Notes under the pieces: generated by a model
Seen by the model: the letters and a program-made list of their open reading frames with translations, nothing else
The model's database searches: none
Told to the model about the DNA's origin: nothing
Part shown: piece after piece, positions 38,401 through 47,267 of the stretch
How the letters are laid out: each line of letters opens with the position of its first letter
Numbering within the stretch: position 1 is the stretch's first letter
DNA from: Chitinophaga pinensis
GTDB taxonomy: Bacteria > Bacteroidota > Bacteroidia > Bacteroidales > GCA-2748055
Direction of reading: 5' to 3'
DNA: 64,000 bases
Assembly (NCBI GenBank): GCA_945863035.1
Contig: CAMAZH010000001.1
Coordinates: 42 to 64,041 of the forward strand
Position numbers and translations under genes: made by a program

Positions 38401-39598
38401 TCTGCCTGACCTCGTCTGCCGGGCAATTACCTGCATCGCCGGGCTGACGTGCAGCGATTACGACCAGTCCGGGTTCGCCTGTAAGTGTTACGGTATCTCC
38501 GTCAATGCTTGCAGGGCCTGAAACAATGGAAAAGGTAACAGGCAGACCCGATGTGGAAGTGGCTGTCAGACCAAATGGCGGATCATTGATAAATTTCTTT
38601 CCGGTTTTTGTAAATGAAATTGTCTGCATTGTGCATGCTGAGCCAGCAACCTTAATATAATCTATTTCAATTGTTCCGGAAGTGGCATTTGTCAGAGGAT
38701 CAAGCCGGATCTGAGTTACAGTTCCCTGCCAGGCTGGATTCTGTGACATATCTACAACATATTCTGTATATCCGGTATCATTTGGAGTCAGACTATACGG
38801 GACAGAATTAATTTCGCTGAAGCCTGGATTCGTATTGGTGGTAAAATAAATTCGACCTTCGGTATCAGAGGTGTTATTTTTCATACGGATAATTATCGTA
38901 CGATGGTTTGTTGCTGTTATGTTCAGGTTTCCCGGTGAATTCATGTATGGATCTCCGGCAGTAATGTTCAGATTCATGATTCCCCCGACAACACTGCCGG
39001 TAAGGTTATTGGCCAATATCCACGATTCGAGTCCCGAAGTAAAATCCCATACCAGGTCGAGTGAGTTTATGGTCATTCTGTTAATATTAAAGGCTCCCGA
39101 GGCATTTATGACAGTAAATCTCAGAATATGCCTTCCTGCTTCAAGTTGAACGGTTTCATTGTACGATCTGTAAGTTTGAAGGCCTTCTCCGGTATTGGGC
39201 AGTTCTATTATCCCGGTAACGGGTATACCGTCCACATTAAGCTGGAACTTGTTGTAATCGGATGAGGAAGCTATTCTGAAATCAATGGAATAAGTGCCGG
39301 CTGAGGCAATATTTACGGTATATTCGAGCCATTCACCAACAGCAAGCCATCCGATATTGTAACCACCGCCATTATCACCACATGACTCAATATCAACCCG
39401 GGTAGCGCGGTACTTTCCTCCATTGTTGGCTTCATCGGCATCATAATAGACCTCGCCGGGGCAGCCATTATCAAAATCCTCAAACTCAACAACACCGGGA
39501 ATAGAATGTTCAATAAACGGAGTTCTTGGCTCAGTACACTGCCCGTAAAAGTTTAGGGAATACATCAAGGTTGAAATGATAAGAGTAACTTTCTTCAT
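35405..39598 (-). CDS. Giant T9SS cargo: CBM6/35-like, 'DPY' module, Ig-like, unassigned TIM-barrel-like core (copy P1), DG-x-FS-x-W beta domain, CBM6/35-like, PA14, T9SS CTD
   Basis: 1397 aa. First CBM: VEFEDFDNGCPGEVYYDADE...GEWLEYTVNI. 'DPY' module: VWDFTSGLESW...NLNITAGDPYMNSPG (nt ~38645-39058). Core at nt ~37199-38356: YWGEPENGFYHPSDPWSTRRNLQMLANAGVDFVFFDFTN ... ITGWNEL ... EFNRDLEPMKGGYTDNYFYQ. PA14: FWNIRWEGQLEPLFTEEHTF...GQKVNIRLDYAE. CTD: ISIYPNPAGSYIII...GLYIVRC. Confidence 0.85.
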   Translation of the reverse strand: MKKVTLIISTLMYSLNFYGQCTEPRTPFIEHSIPGVVEFEDFDNGCPGEVYYDADEANNGGKYRATRVDIESCGDNGGGYNIGWLAVGEWLEYTVNIASAGTYSIDFRIASSSDYNKFQLNVDGIPVTGIIELPNTGEGLQTYRSYNETVQLEAGRHILRFTVINASGAFNINRMTINSLDLVWDFTSGLESWILANNLTGSVVGGIMNLNITAGDPYMNSPGNLNITATNHRTIIIRMKNNTSDTEGRIYFTTNTNPGFSEINSVPYSLTPNDTGYTEYVVDMSQNPAWQGTVTQIRLDPLTNATSGTIEIDYIKVAGSACTMQTISFTKTGKKFINDPPFGLTATSTSGLPVTFSIVSGPASIDGDTVTLTGEPGLVVIAARQPGDAGNCPADEVRQTVFVWNPSASTQTEQLKAYSDQWVATDGIGRILPSYSECGNYRSDKYIGVFYWLWHADISNQKPIRPVPELLRENPDSPAFECMNYYWGEPENGFYHPSDPWSTRRNLQMLANAGVDFVFFDFTNGNQGCNSLDDFMTVALDMQGKGIPVPKIAFFMNENYNSALTCVMEKIYTNPQYDPMIFKWEGKPLLMADSVKCATQCALCLDESVKDFFTWRRTWAFETGQWNFLDTYPQDYYILDGKPEQMPVCKAMGAPLFDFTLQGSSSHNKKAPEYDQYWETDQSKYGYFFEEQWTRGHEVDPTILCITGWNELMAGAWPTEGVRFMGKEWNNSSWRCVSPSTCLSRNPDGTHKWPHGWHFVDEFNMEFNRDLEPMKGGYTDNYFYQLVSHIRRFKGMTAPETISQPKNIMVDGDFSDWQDVTPVYKDAAGDVINRNFKNVNNTATYTNLTARNDIDESRLTYDNDSMYFYVKTLENITPPEGNNWMLLFLDVDRKNGTGWEGYDYAVNMEVIPGLATFVKQWDGISWGNAGVAAYHVKGREMEISISRADLGMEIGTPELYFHWADNPQHLKDISAFFTDGESAPDRRFNYNYSSSKVTTLPREPFTQLEIPGTIEFEDFDNGGVGVAYADADIINRGGKYRPEESVDIEEKSEGENCVSFINSNEWLEYTVDVKAIGLFTAAIHYAAENENKEAVIYIDGMEKSGVISLPATGGMNVWSTIDTEFRLTAGTHIMRFFVKNAMGGFSIDNIVFKEKDVVYPGNGEGLYKSLWKASIGGRTWFVELMCGETDPVIDEEWADVSPGCGIDKDFWNIRWEGQLEPLFTEEHTFSLTVNDIGKLWVNDQLVIDAWVATSTGKTHTGTIALTAGQKVNIRLDYAEKSGDAFVKLEWESSSLPKEVVPFYQLYPKLNTAIGSIGGTDQVISIYPNPAGSYIIIDAANTGIKQFSVFDSKGCLVYSDLENFSGIKRLNTNRFDRGLYIVRCITNDSVISHKFLLQ

Positions 39599-39607
39599 GG
39601 TTGTTGT

Positions 39608-42211
39608 TTAATTTACCTTTAGGAACTTCTTTATTAGTGTCATATCTTCAGCAAACAGCATTGTGTTATAGGCTCCTTCTGAAAACCTGCTTATATCGAT
39701 GCTCTTGGAACCTTTAAAGGGTTCCGCGCTTTCATATACAAGTTTTCCATCGGATGAAAGGATCCTGATTTTTTGTATGTAATATGTGTCGCTGCTTATA
39801 TACAGTCTGAGATTTGCAGGGTTGGGAAAAACGGTTATTCCGTAATCAGAAGTTATTTCAATTTTATTTACTGATGGGGCTGAGGATTTTTTTGTCTCCA
39901 CAAGATTCCAGGTAAGCCCCCGGGATGCTTTGTCAAAAAAAACCTTGAGCTGATGCACTCCCTCCTCCAATAAAAGGGTATCCCTGATATCCTTGTAAAT
40001 ATTGGCAGCTCCGGTCTTATCCACTTTTATCGGTCCGGAAATATCCAATTCATCTATTTCAAGGTGGAAGAAATTGTCATCCACCGTTGAAGCAAAGCGG
40101 AAAGAAAATTCAAAATACCCGCTCTCATTTACATTTACTGTATAGTTCAGCCACTCGCCCGTGGCAATAAAACTCACATCATACGCTCCGGAACCATCTT
40201 TTGTGGCCACAATATCCACTCCTTCATCCGGCCTGTAGGCTCTGCTTACATTTGTAGCATCATTATCCTTATACCCCTCTTCGACACAGGAATAATTAAA
40301 ATTTTCCGCTTCAATGATTCCTGGTATTGTATTTACTTTGTATGGCATACTGCTGCCAGTACAAACAGGCTTTTCCGAAGGCTCATCCAGATAGTCCAGA
40401 AAGAACCGGCTTATTTCCCTGTCCGGGTCTTTCCATGGGTGCGTGATTCCGCTGGTAAGAGCAGATGAGCCGTTTCCAGGAGCAACAACATAGGAAGAAT
40501 CCGACATGGAGAAAAAGCAATAGGAACCATCAGGGGTTTGCAAAAGTATAAACTTTTCTGCGATGCCATCAATACCGGTTTTTATGGCCTGGATGCCACT
40601 TGCATTGCTAATGTATTTGTTTTGTCCGAGCGAGAAAATGGAATAGCTGCCATCTTCGTTATCCTCAAGCCTGTATCGTTCATTTATCCCAACAGCATCA
40701 GATGAGGCGATGAGTTGTGATGCTGAAGCCGTAAGGTATTTATTATTTGCATGGGATCTGATTGAAATTGTCTTTGTCATTTTTCCGGGTGCCATTCCCG
40801 ATATTTCACCTCCAGTGAATTTCCACCAGTTAAAATGAAATCCCCCCAATGTGAAAACGAAATAAACATCATGCACACCTGTTGCTCCACTGACATCAGT
40901 ATTAACTGTCTGCCAGGAATCATATCCCCCGGTTGCAGGAACATTAAGTCGGGCAACTGTTGTACCATTTACACTGTCGAGTCTAACTTCAATGGTTCCG
41001 CCAAGCGGTGATGCTACTCTTGCTTCGAAAGCAGACGCCCCGTTTCCAAAATCAACGCCAAACATTTTTATCCAGTCGCGGGAGTCAATATCGCTTACCA
41101 TTCTGCCACCGCCTTCGTCATTACAGGCTTCGGTTTCAATGCGCTCTTCCCTGCCAATGGTTTCGGCTTCCTGACGGATATAGGGATTCAGATATTTCAC
41201 CTGTTTCAACCCTTCTTTGGTAATGGTTTGAGGTATTATGGTTCCATCAGGATTGAAATAAATCCTGTCAAGTCCAACATTACGCTGGTAGCCGTAATTT
41301 TCATTTCGCAAAGCAGAAAGGATTTTGCTATGGTATAAACTATAATAATTTCCTCCGAATTCAAACACAGCTGGCTGAGTATTATCACCCTGAACGGGCC
41401 ACATCATGGTTCGGCCGAATACTCCGCCGGGTTCAATAACCGGACCTGTCGGTGTTGCAAGAAAGTTATAACGGTGAAAATAGTCGCCTGTCTGACCGCA
41501 TCCGTCGGGTGGCATGTTATGCTGAGAGCACGCCCAGAGTTCCTGGTCGTTAAAAGTCATGTACATGTAATAATACTTATCATTGATTTTTCTGACAAAA
41601 GGGGCTTCATGCGCATCATTGTTCCAGACATTATACTCGTGGGTATCTGAATAATCATACATATTGGCAGCGAGTTTTCTGACCAGACCGTTCGGCCAGT
41701 AAGCATAGGCTTGTCCATCATCATCAATTAAAACACCAATATCAACGCGATGCCCCGTTATCATTAAATTTCCCCTTGGATCTGTAAAGGGGCCTAGTGG
41801 ACTGTCGCTTACGCAAACTCCGGTACCTGTTGTCAGGGGATCATTTCCATAATCAGGGGTGCAAAAATACAGGTAGAATTTCCCATCTCTTTCAATGGCT
41901 TCAGGAGCCCAAAAGACTTGTTTTCCCTGAACACTAATGTAAGGAATTTCTGAAGCCATTAAAACCTCTCCATGATCTGTCCAGTTTAGTAAGTCATCAG
42001 AAGAAATACAGGTGTATCCATCCATTGAGAAATCACGCTGATCATCCAAGTCATGCGATAAATATACATAAACCCTTCCGTTGTAAACAACCACACAGGG
42101 ATCGGCGGTATATCGCTGACTGAAGATGATCTCATTGGCTTGTGTTTTAATAGCAGCAAAAGCAAGCAGCAAAGACATAAACACTATTCTTGTATTTTTC
42201 ATAATTTTCAT
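39608..42211 (-). CDS. GH43-family glycoside hydrolase with CBM6/35-like, beta-trefoil-like and CBM6/35-like modules and a T9SS CTD
   Basis: 867 aa. GH43 blocks: YTADPCVVVYNGRVYVYLSHD and FWAPEAIERDGKFYLYF. First CBM: EAETIGREERIETE...DWIKMFGVDFG. Trefoil-like repeats: NNKYLTA / QNKYISN / SSYVVA. Second CBM: IEAENFNYSC...GEWLNYTVNV. CTD: ITVFPNPANLRLYI. Confidence 0.85.
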   Translation of the reverse strand: MKIMKNTRIVFMSLLLAFAAIKTQANEIIFSQRYTADPCVVVYNGRVYVYLSHDLDDQRDFSMDGYTCISSDDLLNWTDHGEVLMASEIPYISVQGKQVFWAPEAIERDGKFYLYFCTPDYGNDPLTTGTGVCVSDSPLGPFTDPRGNLMITGHRVDIGVLIDDDGQAYAYWPNGLVRKLAANMYDYSDTHEYNVWNNDAHEAPFVRKINDKYYYMYMTFNDQELWACSQHNMPPDGCGQTGDYFHRYNFLATPTGPVIEPGGVFGRTMMWPVQGDNTQPAVFEFGGNYYSLYHSKILSALRNENYGYQRNVGLDRIYFNPDGTIIPQTITKEGLKQVKYLNPYIRQEAETIGREERIETEACNDEGGGRMVSDIDSRDWIKMFGVDFGNGASAFEARVASPLGGTIEVRLDSVNGTTVARLNVPATGGYDSWQTVNTDVSGATGVHDVYFVFTLGGFHFNWWKFTGGEISGMAPGKMTKTISIRSHANNKYLTASASQLIASSDAVGINERYRLEDNEDGSYSIFSLGQNKYISNASGIQAIKTGIDGIAEKFILLQTPDGSYCFFSMSDSSYVVAPGNGSSALTSGITHPWKDPDREISRFFLDYLDEPSEKPVCTGSSMPYKVNTIPGIIEAENFNYSCVEEGYKDNDATNVSRAYRPDEGVDIVATKDGSGAYDVSFIATGEWLNYTVNVNESGYFEFSFRFASTVDDNFFHLEIDELDISGPIKVDKTGAANIYKDIRDTLLLEEGVHQLKVFFDKASRGLTWNLVETKKSSAPSVNKIEITSDYGITVFPNPANLRLYISSDTYYIQKIRILSSDGKLVYESAEPFKGSKSIDISRFSEGAYNTMLFAEDMTLIKKFLKVN

Positions 42212-42214
42212 TTT

Positions 42215-42681
42215 CTAAAAGTTTACTTCGATTATCTCTCCTGTGAATTGTATAGTTTTTTGAAATTCAGCCTCGGGCTCGATCCCGTCCCCGTCCCCGT
42301 CCCCTTTTCCGCTTCTCACCATCATAAGTCTGAATTCACGTTGTTTGAGCATACCGGGAAACACCCCTTTTCTGTCGCTGATTTCAAGGGCTTTTTCTTT
42401 ATCTTTCCAGCTGAATGGTGGCTCCTTTGAAATCCATGTGCCCTTGCCATTGCTGACCAAGCCCATAAAAGGATTCATTTTCGGTTGTGAGAAACTGTTG
42501 ATTTACTTCGTACATGATTTCCTTTTTCATCCTCTTGGGGACGAGATTTTTTCCACCCTCTGAAGGTTCACAAAGTAACAGCTTTCCGGAATTGTCGAAA
42601 AAGCCGGCAGTGCCTGTTTTTCTGTTAATCCTGACGGATGACCAGAAGCAGGATAAGTAATTTTTTGTTCTGATTCAACAT
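42215..42681 (-). pseudogene. Frameshifted, truncated 5' remnant of a secreted glycoside hydrolase gene (GH31-like 'FYGLG' N-terminal beta-sandwich)
   Basis: Three successive reverse-strand frames are involved. The first reads MLNQNKKLLILLLVIRQD* (ATG at 42681, signal-peptide-like). The second reads ...VRINRKTGTAGFFDNSGKLLLCEPSEGGKNLVPKRMKKEIMYEVNQQFLTTENESFYGLGQQWQGHMDFKGATIQLER*. The third is the 87-aa track ORF 42215-42478. Only ~470 nt remain, where a gene of more than 2 kb would be expected. Confidence 0.4.
42284..42301. repeat. Hexanucleotide microsatellite (cccgtc)x3
   Basis: Three exact tandem units lie inside the remnant above. They encode GDGDGDG on the minus strand. Confidence 0.9.
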
Positions 42682-42685
42682 TGTT

Positions 42686-45600
42686 TTATTGTTTAATAAA
42701 TCTTTTCATAACAACTCCCTTGTTCGTTACCAAATGAATAGAATATAATCCTGTTGGCAGCTCTTTGATATCAATTGTTTTACTCCCAATGAAAGGCACA
42801 TCGTTTTTAAGTTTGATTCTACCCTGCACATCAATAATACGGATTCCGTTTATCAGAAATTCATAATTCGAAATCTGCAGATTATCGGATGCAGGATTGG
42901 GATGAATTGTGATTGCTTCATCCAAATGCGCTTCGACATCAGTTATGAGCTTGTTAAGAATGAAAAGGTTAAGACTGGAGCTTGCCATGCAGGTTGTTTC
43001 ATCCCCATTTTGGGAAGCTTCCACAGTAATTCTGTCTGACTTCGAAATTACTAGTGTATCGCCTTTCATTAATGCAGCACCTTTGATAACCTTAAAAGAA
43101 ACAGGCAGTCCAGAGCTGGAAGAAGCACTGATTAAAAACATATCATTGGAAACACGGGTATATGATGAAGAAAAACTAATTGTTTGGGGATAACAACTGG
43201 GGCTTAGGAATTCGCCGGGAATGATCTGGTCTATTCCATAAGGCCCAGTCCATTTTACCGACATGTGGTCGCCACCGACACCTTCTTTAAGCAAGGCCTC
43301 AATGTAGTACTTTTGTCCAGCAATAAGCTCAATGGGATCCGATATTTGAGTTGAGAATAAATTCCATTCCTGGTAAGCAGTCCAGCCTTCGTGAAAAGCA
43401 ATTTTCACTTTGTTGTTTTTGTCAGTATCTGTACTCAATGATAGCTGGACATTATCGTCGCCGGCAACATAGAAAGTGTAATCGCCGCTATAGGGTGCAC
43501 ATAAATAGCCGCTGATGCGAACTCCATAGTTGTCGCCAATGTTGGTAGGGGCATCCATGCTTATAATCGTTGATGAATAAGCCGGGGCAGTTTGAACAGG
43601 TATTTCTGACACGCTATTACCCGGAACATTGTCCCATCGCTCGTATGTTATGTAGCCATCAGAGTTTGTGCAGCTATTAACGGGTAGTTTAACCTGGAAG
43701 GATCGGATAACAGTGTCTGCAGCACAAAATTCATATGTTCCGGTCTGGTATGCTGTTACTTTTACGTTTCCTTTGGCTCCATGGAGAGTTAGTATATTAT
43801 TGTTAAGGGAGGCGGGGCCTTCAAGGGTAAATGAAACAGGCAGACCAACACTCGATGAGCTGACTAATTCAAACGGTGCAACATCATCTGCAAATTTATC
43901 AGCCAGAGTATCCAAAGTGATTGTCTGCGCTCTGCAATCGTGAATGATATTTAAAGTTTTTGAAACTTCAGCGGGACAAACGGTGTCATTTCCGGCAGAA
44001 TAGGTCTTCAGTGTAATTACCCCTCTGAAATCAGTCAATGTCACGATGTCCCCGCTAATAGTTGCCGGACCATTGAGAACGGAAAATTCAAGCGGCAAAG
44101 CATAGTCAGATACAGCATGAATATTAAATGGGAGTGAGGTTGAAAGCACATCCGGGAGGGCTTCAAACGTGATAGGATGAGGCCAGCAGACATACGCTTC
44201 ATTTGAACTGACTGAAAATGCAATTCCGTCAGATGCTTTTACACGCCATCGTGCATTTCTGGGAGTGGTTACGGTATTGTCAACAAAGGTGCTGATATTA
44301 AAGTCAACGATTCCTGTCTGCTGAAATTCGCCTGCACCATCCTTGCGTTCAATTATAAACTTGGTTTCGCCGGCAGAATTGTCTGTCCAGTTCAGTTTTA
44401 CCGATCCATCCTGGTTCAGAATTGCTGAGAGCTTGGCAGGAGTGCCCAATATATCCAGTTTCGCACTGTAGAGTTGAATTTGCGGGACAAGTTGTTTGGG
44501 AATAGTTGGAGTGCTCCAGTCAAGACGGATTTCATTTTCGGAAATTTTTTCAGAGTATTCAAGGATTATGTCGTATCTCTTTCCAGCTTCCAAAGAAATA
44601 TTTCCTGAGCCGGATTTATGCTCGCCAGACCAATCGTTGATTAATAACTGGCCATTTACCAGGAGTTTGCAACGTTCGTCATATTGAGCTGAGAAAGTGT
44701 AAGTTTCAGTTGTAAGCGCCTGTACCTGACCTGTCCAGCGTATACTGAAATAGTTCCTGTCTTGCCCCGGAACGTAGCCATGGTCTTCCCTTGGCTGAAA
44801 AACATATGGATCTACACGTGTGAGAACAAGATTGTTGAATTCTTCACCATTATAATATTTTGCCGTCAGACCATCACCCTTGCCATAAACCAGTCCGGAT
44901 ATTTTGGTGAAATTTATCTTGTTGATTTTCCCACCCTGCGCTTTATTTACAAAAAGTTTTAATGTGTGAGTGCCTTCAGGTAATTGGATAGATGCGGAAA
45001 TATTTTGCCATTTCTGTTCTCCTCCGGTAGCGGGTGTAGTAAGTTGTTCTGAAATAACTGCACCATCCAGCAATAATTGGAAAGCATCATTTCCATTTAC
45101 TGAAGCAACGGCCACATCAGCCTGGTATAATCCGGATTCAATTATTGATACCGTATACTCGAGCCATTCACCATCGGCAAGGGAAGTCAGGTTAAACCCC
45201 CCATCAGAACAGGTTTCGATATCGACTTTTTCCGTATCACGGTATTTCCCGCCGGAATTGATTTCATCGGCATCATAATAAGCAAGCATTTGTCCTCCGA
45301 GGTCAAAATCTTCTACTTCGATAACACCGGGTATTTCATGGGTAATAAATGGTTTCTGACAAATGTTATTATCCTGAGCAGCATTGAAATAGTAGCTGAA
45401 CCGACGGTCGGGAGCGGCATCGCCGTTGATAAGCACATCTTTAATGTCCATAAGCTTTTGCTGATTGTCTATCCATTTGAAATAGAATTGCGGTGTGTTT
45501 GAGGTAATTCCAACTGATGCTTTTGAAACAACAATTTCAAGTTCATTGCCGGATGAAAGAAATTTAGTGGTTCCAAGTATTTCCCATGCTTCATTGGCAA

Positions 45601-47221
45601 AGGATTTTATAGTGGTCGTATTCAGATTGATAATTTCCATGTTTATTGCGAAGTCATAACCATTCCATCCTGTAGTGAAATCCCTATCTGCATCAATGTA
45701 TAGTATCATCCAGTTATTGTCCTGCCAGGATGTAAGAATTTCATTTGTTTTAACGTAGAAATAAATGTTTGAATCATCATAAGTAATTTTTGATTCGATG
45801 ATGTCATTTCGTCCGGTATTATTTGTGTTGAGGTAAACTTTTTCATCATCAAAATAACTGCGGTGTTTGGTGTCGCCTGTTGGATCCCTGAAAACAGGAG
45901 AGATATTGCTCCATTCAGAAAAAGCCCCGTCAATTTGGATTGTTGAAGCAGGGCTTACCTCCTGCGGGGGTTGCATTCCTTTGTATTGACGGATGTAATT
46001 CATCACCTGGTAGTAGTAATTGTCGGTAAAGTAGTTTTTCAATGGCCCCATATCGCGGTTGTATTCGATATTAAAGGCATCTATCATCCAGCGATCGGTG
46101 GCTTTATTTAGTTCTCTTCCATAAAAGCAAAAGGTGTTTGCTTCACCTACCGAAGGTCTCCAGACTCCTGCACCGCCTTCGTTCCACTGTGAGAAAGTCA
46201 TAAATCTGGGGTAGGAGGGTAGTTCAGGGAGGCGTTTAAACTGTTCTTTGAGAAATTCGCCTTTGCCGGTTAGGCTGTCGTTGTACCATAGTTCGTTTAA
46301 AGGAGGCTGATAATTGTCGGCTAACCTTCCACTTGAGCCAATAGGCGGAGTTGAACACTTGTCTTTGGTGTTAAAAGCTCCTCCAAATGCTTTCATCATC
46401 ACAAGCTGTTCAATGTTTCCCTCAGGGTCTTTTCCTGCTTTTTGCGGATAACCAGACATGAAGTTCCATCTACCCGGGCCATCCTGGTCTGCCCACATGA
46501 ATCGCCAGTTGAAAAAGTCAATAATCTCCTGATTCTTAACCAGGTGTTTTGGCCCCATTATAAGTGGCTTTCCATCCAACATAAACCATGCATCTTTGTA
46601 TTTTCCAGGTTTGTAAATGTTATTGTAAATATCGTTTATTTGGATGGTGTCAGCTGTAACCGCACCAATCCATTGACCAGCATGGTCATTGGTCCATAGA
46701 ACGATTTTAGGGGAAGGATATCCCTGTTTCTGCAGTTCGCAAATTTCGCGCATGGTGACTTCGAGGGAATGCCAACTGACAATGGTATTGGTGTAATCGA
46801 TAAAAATATAGTCAACACCAGCATTTCCAAGCATAATGAGCTGGCGGCGCTCGTACCAGGGATCAGAGGAGTTAACATATCCGTCTTCGGGCTCGGCCGT
46901 CCAGTAATTGAAAACAGCTTGTCCGGGATCCAGAGTATTCCATTCCAGGTTAATATGATCTTTTTCCAGCACTTCCATCACACTTCTGGATTTGAAGTTT
47001 ACAACGGCCTTGTTATGTTCCCAGAAGCCATGGGTAAGGTTGAAATACATTCCAACATAGCAATTGTTTTTTGTAATTCCGGTCTGCTCAAATGAAGGTA
47101 GTGTGCGTCCTGCACCATCGGTAACCACCCAATTGTCGCCAAAGGCAAAGTTCTGGGGGGTGGTTTGTCCAAATGTAACAACAGAGGCCAGTAATAAGGT
47201 AAATAGGGGAATTGTTTTCAT
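42686..47221 (-). CDS. Giant T9SS cargo: unassigned TIM-barrel-like core (copy P2), DG-x-FS-x-W beta domain, CBM6/35-like, PA14, FN3, Ig-like x2, second PA14-like, Ig-like, T9SS CTD
   Basis: 1511 aa. Core at nt ~45977-47149: YWTAEPEDGYVNSSDPWYERRQLIMLGNAGVDYIFIDYTN ... FSQWNEGGAG ... EYNRDMGPLKNYFTDNYYYQ. CBM: IEVEDFDLGGQMLAYYDADE...GEWLEYTVSI. PA14: YFSIRWTGQVQALTTETYTF. FN3: VKLNWTDNSAGETKFIIERK. Second PA14-like module: GYITYERWDNVPG...GDYTFYVAGDDN...HMSVKWTGP. CTD: ITIHPNPASDNLQI. Confidence 0.85.
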   Translation of the reverse strand: MKTIPLFTLLLASVVTFGQTTPQNFAFGDNWVVTDGAGRTLPSFEQTGITKNNCYVGMYFNLTHGFWEHNKAVVNFKSRSVMEVLEKDHINLEWNTLDPGQAVFNYWTAEPEDGYVNSSDPWYERRQLIMLGNAGVDYIFIDYTNTIVSWHSLEVTMREICELQKQGYPSPKIVLWTNDHAGQWIGAVTADTIQINDIYNNIYKPGKYKDAWFMLDGKPLIMGPKHLVKNQEIIDFFNWRFMWADQDGPGRWNFMSGYPQKAGKDPEGNIEQLVMMKAFGGAFNTKDKCSTPPIGSSGRLADNYQPPLNELWYNDSLTGKGEFLKEQFKRLPELPSYPRFMTFSQWNEGGAGVWRPSVGEANTFCFYGRELNKATDRWMIDAFNIEYNRDMGPLKNYFTDNYYYQVMNYIRQYKGMQPPQEVSPASTIQIDGAFSEWSNISPVFRDPTGDTKHRSYFDDEKVYLNTNNTGRNDIIESKITYDDSNIYFYVKTNEILTSWQDNNWMILYIDADRDFTTGWNGYDFAINMEIINLNTTTIKSFANEAWEILGTTKFLSSGNELEIVVSKASVGITSNTPQFYFKWIDNQQKLMDIKDVLINGDAAPDRRFSYYFNAAQDNNICQKPFITHEIPGVIEVEDFDLGGQMLAYYDADEINSGGKYRDTEKVDIETCSDGGFNLTSLADGEWLEYTVSIIESGLYQADVAVASVNGNDAFQLLLDGAVISEQLTTPATGGEQKWQNISASIQLPEGTHTLKLFVNKAQGGKINKINFTKISGLVYGKGDGLTAKYYNGEEFNNLVLTRVDPYVFQPREDHGYVPGQDRNYFSIRWTGQVQALTTETYTFSAQYDERCKLLVNGQLLINDWSGEHKSGSGNISLEAGKRYDIILEYSEKISENEIRLDWSTPTIPKQLVPQIQLYSAKLDILGTPAKLSAILNQDGSVKLNWTDNSAGETKFIIERKDGAGEFQQTGIVDFNISTFVDNTVTTPRNARWRVKASDGIAFSVSSNEAYVCWPHPITFEALPDVLSTSLPFNIHAVSDYALPLEFSVLNGPATISGDIVTLTDFRGVITLKTYSAGNDTVCPAEVSKTLNIIHDCRAQTITLDTLADKFADDVAPFELVSSSSVGLPVSFTLEGPASLNNNILTLHGAKGNVKVTAYQTGTYEFCAADTVIRSFQVKLPVNSCTNSDGYITYERWDNVPGNSVSEIPVQTAPAYSSTIISMDAPTNIGDNYGVRISGYLCAPYSGDYTFYVAGDDNVQLSLSTDTDKNNKVKIAFHEGWTAYQEWNLFSTQISDPIELIAGQKYYIEALLKEGVGGDHMSVKWTGPYGIDQIIPGEFLSPSCYPQTISFSSSYTRVSNDMFLISASSSSGLPVSFKVIKGAALMKGDTLVISKSDRITVEASQNGDETTCMASSSLNLFILNKLITDVEAHLDEAITIHPNPASDNLQISNYEFLINGIRIIDVQGRIKLKNDVPFIGSKTIDIKELPTGLYSIHLVTNKGVVMKRFIKQ

Positions 47222-47267
47222 GATTTGTTTTATGTTTTTTTTTTACAACAATTGCGGAAACTCCGAA

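Noticed and set aside
42284-42301. Short tandem repeat (cccgtc)x3, considered as a possible CRISPR-like or phase-variation element.
   Set aside because: It has only three 6-nt units, no spacers, and lies inside a decayed gene remnant. It is a simple microsatellite, and no CRISPR array exists anywhere in the window.
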